In this document: piece after piece, positions 9,991 to 14,036 of the stretch
Layout: each line of letters opens with the position of its first letter
Numbering within the stretch: position 1 is the stretch's first letter
Origin: Tubiluchus corallicola
Lineage: Eukaryota; Animalia; Priapulida
Length of the DNA: 14,036 nt
Direction: 5' to 3'
Assembly: GCA_030141605.1 (NCBI GenBank)
Contig: JAQGDQ010002126.1
Coordinates: 1 to 14,036 of the forward strand
The notes under the pieces: model-generated
Databases searched by the model: none
What the model saw: the letters and a program-made list of their open reading frames with translations, nothing else
What the model was told of the DNA's origin: nothing
Made by a program: the position numbers and the translations under genes

Positions 9991-10953
9991 TCACACGTTT
10001 TGCAGGCAATTATAATCAAATAACTCAAAATCATAGGCGTAAATTTGACACAATCTTCTACAGACATCAGTTGCAACCTGTTGAAAGTAATTTTGATACG
10101 AATACTTTAATTGATTTGACCTTTCTTTACTAGGCCATTTCACGCCTTTTCTACTTACGTTTAATACATTAAAGACAAAATTGGCGTCTTCTTGAATGGT
10201 TTCATATTTTCCGAGAAAATCGTAATGTATGGCACACGGATTACAAAGAGTTATATAAGATTCCCAATGTTCATTTATATGTCTTTGATTTTTAGGTGAA
10301 CGAGAAGATTTGTCTAACAAAAACAAAATAAATTCATTGAATCTCTTCATGTCAACACTTCGTCCTTGTTGAAGCTGGATTTTCTTGCGATAAGTCTTGC
10401 TTGCATTCAAGTATCTTTGCACATCAGGGACGTTTGACGATCTATTAACTTTATCTTGAAACGCTGAGACAATTCTATCCAATGGATGTCGCACAAAGAG
10501 AAACTTAAAATAACTGCTTAAACGGAACTGTCTTTCTGCTTGAGAATATTTTCCAAGATGATTCTCGTTTTGTTTATAATGTGCTTCCATTGGACGAATG
10601 CTGTTCATTTCTCGGTTTTGTTCCAAAGCTGTCAACATTCGTTTCCATGTAGTTGTAGCAATCTTTGGAATATGACAATACAGCAATTTATACTTATCAT
10701 TAACTATAATATATTTCAAACTGGACTCAACTGCAGCTGAAATGTTCTTTCTCTTGCAGACTTTGTCAATCAGAGCCAGTCTCTCAGTGTATGAATTAGC
10801 TCTGTAGTCGTCTTCGTATGAGTTTTCACGGATGGTATCGAGCTTGTGCTCAGTGAGTCTCGAAACTTTTATTTTGTAGGCGACTAACAATGTTAGTAAA
10901 CAAACTGCTGTGAACACAAAATTCACTTTTCGAGGAAAACGTAAGGAAAACAT
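9991..10953 (-). CDS. Carbohydrate sulfotransferase, HNK-1ST/CHST8-14 family (CHST11/C4ST-like, Sulfotransfer_2), type II Golgi membrane protein, 320 aa, single coding exon
   Basis: TM anchor VNFVFTAVCLLTLLVAY; 5'-PSB IIVNDKYKLLYCHIPKIATTTWKRML; 3'-PB YFKFLFVRHPLDRIVSAFQDK; NEHWESYITLCNPCAIHYDFLGKYETIQEDA; C-terminal IYAYDFELFDY. Confidence 0.96.
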   Translation of the reverse strand: MFSLRFPRKVNFVFTAVCLLTLLVAYKIKVSRLTEHKLDTIRENSYEDDYRANSYTERLALIDKVCKRKNISAAVESSLKYIIVNDKYKLLYCHIPKIATTTWKRMLTALEQNREMNSIRPMEAHYKQNENHLGKYSQAERQFRLSSYFKFLFVRHPLDRIVSAFQDKVNRSSNVPDVQRYLNASKTYRKKIQLQQGRSVDMKRFNEFILFLLDKSSRSPKNQRHINEHWESYITLCNPCAIHYDFLGKYETIQEDANFVFNVLNVSRKGVKWPSKERSNQLKYSYQNYFQQVATDVCRRLCQIYAYDFELFDYNCLQNV

Positions 10954-11172
10954 TTTAAAGCAGTTTTATCCGGCCGAAGTGCTAAAACCTGAACTGAATC
11001 AATTGCTCTCTGAATGAAGTTGAGCTGCATTTGGTGAGCAAATTTCAACTTCTTCTACCCTAATTATGATTAAATAGTTTCACTTCGTAAGAAAAGCTAC
11101 ATTATAGCATGGAAAATCATGAGTTTCACAAAAATTCTTAACCAACAGTGTGAAATTATTGTTGCTGGAATT

Positions 11173-11200
11173 AACGTGATGTTTCAAACGTGATGTTTCA
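11173..11200. repeat. Perfect 14-bp tandem duplication
   Basis: aacgtgatgtttca twice (11173-11186, 11187-11200). Confidence 0.85.
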
Positions 11201-11463
11201 AGACTTTCAAACAAAATCTTAAGCGTTTTCCGTTTTGCACCAACTTTTTCTTTGCGAAATGTTATTTATAACCGATGCTATATTCTGAAGAACATCCATT
11301 AACGACATAGTAATGGATATTATAAAGAAGATTCAAGGTGGCATTATTAATCCGCGTTTACCAGACATCGGATTTCTCTCGCATTTTTCTCAAATTTAAC
11401 GAATTTGTAACGAGTTATAACGTTTGGCTGTATCATGATGATAATCTATGTACTCCGCCATAG

Positions 11464-11604
11464 TGACGTCATTAATCTAGTTTTAGCAATTCATGTAATT
11501 TACGACGTCAAAATATTTACACGTATGTATTTTGCAAAAAAATGTAGAATGCCCGTATCACAATAATAATTTAGTTTTAGTAATTCGCTTAATTTACGAC
11601 GTCA
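11464..11604. promoter_or_regulatory. Cluster of CRE/ATF-like sites upstream of the CHST11-like gene
   Basis: Perfect TGACGTCA at 11464-11471, and CGACGTCA at 11503-11510 and 11597-11604. Function is inferred only. Confidence 0.35.
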
Positions 11605-11631
11605 AAACGTATATATATATTTTGCATAAAA
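11478..11631. repeat. Diverged ~60-bp direct repeat, 94-bp period, 2 copies
   Basis: tagttttag.aattc...taatttacgacgtcaaaa...tattttgca.aaaa starting at 11478 and 11572. Confidence 0.8.
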
Positions 11632-11703
11632 TTTTTTTTGCAATCTATCAATAAAAAGCATTTGTGAAAATGCATTTATCGAACTTTGGCGTTTAAATAA
11701 AAC

Positions 11704-12119
11704 CAGACAATAATTAAATCTCCACATATCGACAAACAATAATTAAATCTCCACATATCAACAAACAATAATTAAATCTACACATATCGACAAACAATAA
11801 TTAAATCACCACATATCAACAAACAATAATTAAATCTACGCATATCAACAAACAATAATTAAATCTACACATATCAACAAACAATAATTAAATCTCCACA
11901 TATCAACAAACAATAATTAAATCTCCACATATCAACAAACAATAATTAAATCTCCACATATCAACAAACAATAATTAAATCTACACATATCAACAAACAA
12001 TAATTAAATCTCCACATATCAATAAACAATAATTAAATCTACACATATCAACAAACAATAATTAAATCTACACATATCGACAAACAATAATTAAATCTCC
12101 ACATATCAACAAACAATAA
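11704..12119. repeat. Minisatellite with 29-bp unit caaacaataattaaatct(c/a)cacatatc(a/g)a, 14 full copies plus 10 nt
   Basis: Units start at 11704, 11733, 11762 and so on to 12081, with a partial unit at 12110. Head-to-tail, no indels, no spacers. Confidence 0.97.
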
Positions 12120-12460
12120 CAGAGGAATTGCCATTTTACGCAGCTTAATCATTTTTTTGCAAAAATTCTGAATTTGAGTTTAAAAAAATTTCTGAATGAT
12201 AATAACATTTTGCATGAAGGTCAAATAGGATTTAAAAAAGAGTGCCTTACCAGTGACCATATGTTTGCATTAAAAACACTTATTGATAAATTTTTGAAAC
12301 GAAATCATAAATTTTATTGTTTAGTTGATTTGTGCAAAGCCTTAATTCAGTTTGAAGAGATTTGAATTGTACAATAAATTGCTAAAAAATAATATAGGTG
12401 CTTTTTATAAACGTTTATTTGAAATAACTGACTTTGCCAAACAGCAAGTAAATGCTGATC
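12110..12460 (+). mobile_element. Second (inverted) copy of the LINE RT fragment, carried by the inverted duplication
   Basis: NNNRGIAI...QIGFKK...SDHMFALKTLIDK...VDLCKA, identical to 7560-7910. Confidence 0.85.
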
Positions 12461-13162
12461 AACTAATCAGTTCGTAACATTTTAAGGACATCAGCTTATA
12501 ATACTTTGGTATTTTTTAGTTAACAGATGTGACCATGTTATAGATATTATTATGACTCACTTTAGAAAGTCGGTGTCACCATCTTCTAAACATATTTTTG
12601 TTACAGGGATATTAGTAATTACCTGTTGTTACTCAGGTCACCCAGGTTGTCCCTAATGTGCATAATGAGCATTAGCGTATTCTCCAACACAATAGGCAGG
12701 ATTAATGTTTTTATTGGTGGTTATACACGCCTCATCTATATACAAATAGATTACTGTAATTACTGGATTTTCTTGGACCATTTATAATTTACAAAAGCTG
12801 GTACAGTAAAAATGTAAGCAAAACAGATAATTGCTATTACTAGTTAATGTAGAATTGTAGAATTGACTAAACAAATACTATGTGTACATCATCAAGCTTA
12901 ATACATACTTAAGCTTAGTACACACTTAGTACATAATTAAGCTTAAAAAGTGTACTAGTGATGTATTTAAAACAGCACAGATGTACGGTTCAGTAATAAA
13001 ACTTCAGGTGAACTTTACATGTTGATGTGCTTCTGCCAAAGACAATCATGTGGCACACACCAACTGATTACAGCTAAAATTTGTTGCACCTAACTTTTCA
13101 AGTCTAAAGTAAAAAAATTACTAGGCGATTTAATGAGTTAATTCTTTATTCTTATGTACAAC
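12110..13162 (-). repeat. 1053-bp inverted duplicate of 6858-7910
   Basis: Reverse-complement match with coordinate sum 20020 at both ends; ORF 12174..12365(+) is identical to 7655..7846(-). No differences seen in spot checks. Confidence 0.97.
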
Positions 13163-13465
13163 CACTGCTGCACTTTCGTTCAATCGAGATTTGTCGTGTG
13201 TTATTTCACAGTTTCTTTGGTGATCTGGACAAAGACTAGGAAAAGGATTTTCAATTCCATACCTGAAGAATGGACTGTGGTAGTGCCTATTCCAGAGTAG
13301 TATAACTTTTTCATTTAATTGCGCACTTTGGTCTTGGAAGAAACTGATGTTTCTATCTTTCCTAGCATTTTTCACTAGCTTCAAAGGTATTTCACTTAAA
13401 ATTGTCCACATAGAAACAGAAACCAGACAAAAAATCCATATACATGTTGCCATTTTTTTATTCAT
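13130..13465 (-). pseudogene. 3'-truncated duplicate of the fucosyltransferase: first 104 aa identical, then KNKELTH*; lacks the catalytic GDP-fucose-binding domain
   Basis: The ORF track protein matches 5349..6455 up to ESAAVVVH, then reads into the inverted segment. Confidence 0.9.
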
Positions 13466-14032
13466 TTTGTCATTTCAATTCAATAAACTTACAAATAAAA
13501 GTGTTCAACAAGAATACCAGATAAGAACAATATAAATCAATGTATATTTTTGCTAGCTTCGACAGGTCTGTAAAACTTTTCTAGCTTGAGTCAAATGGTG
13601 ATAGTAAAGTTTCGGTCAGGGATCAGTGCCCAGTGCTTAATGTGCGCCGGGTCTGCAAGTTACGGACACTGCACCTAAAGAAAACGCAATGTCTCGCCGG
13701 GTTACATATTTTATGTTTTCTCACCATATTATCTATATGTCTATCGGTAACACGTTTGTAACACACTTTCCGTCTTTTAGTCAACAAAATTGAACTATAT
13801 ACGATAACAATTGGCACCTCTTTGTTGCTGCAACGTTTCCGAAAAAAAGAAAAACATTTCTTGAGAAGTTGTACATAAGAATAAAGAATTAACTCATTAA
13901 ATCGCCTAGTAATTTTTTTACTTTAGACTTGAAAAGTTAGGTGCAACAAATTTTAGCTGTAATCAGTTGGTGTGTGCCACATGATTGTCTTTGGCAGAAG
14001 CACATCAACATGTAAAGTTCACCTGAAGTTTT
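13153..14032 (+). repeat. 880-bp direct duplicate of 6143-7022 (5' part of the fucosyltransferase plus upstream region), offset 7010
   Basis: ORFs 6337..6525/13347..13535 and 6613..6807/13623..13817 are identical. The match starts at tatgtacaac (13153) and ends 4 nt before the window end. Confidence 0.97.
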
Positions 14033-14036
14033 TGTT

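Noticed and set aside
11704-12119. 29-bp repeats as a CRISPR array
   Set aside because: Units are head-to-tail with no unique spacers, there are no cas genes, and the context is eukaryotic with spliceosomal introns.
6858-13162. Foldback or DNA transposon with long TIRs carrying a sulfotransferase
   Set aside because: No target-site duplication or transposase is seen, the arms cut through a LINE remnant, and both ends are explained by 10-bp microhomology junctions.

Overview
AT-rich eukaryotic (metazoan, probably invertebrate) genomic DNA, not prokaryotic. It holds three Golgi glycan-modifying genes within about 11 kb: the last two recognisable exons of a CHST15/GalNAc4S-6ST-like sulfotransferase (+, 294-447 and 1662-1813), a single-exon GT10 alpha-1,3-fucosyltransferase (-, 5349-6455) and a single-exon CHST11/HNK-1ST-family sulfotransferase (-, 9991-10953). 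Decayed BEL/Pao gag and LINE EN-RT remnants lie between them. The right end is a complex rearrangement: a 29-bp minisatellite (14 units) runs into an inverted copy of 6858-7910 (12110-13162), which runs into a direct copy of 6143-7022 (13153-14032). Both junctions have 10-bp microhomologies. This A-B-C-B'-A-B layout matches DUP-TRP/INV-DUP template switching, or an amplification/assembly chimera, and creates a truncated fucosyltransferase. The main hypothesis is a physically clustered sulfation and fucosylation pathway, possibly for fucosylated chondroitin sulfate E. All protein family assignments come from motif recognition by eye; no search was run.
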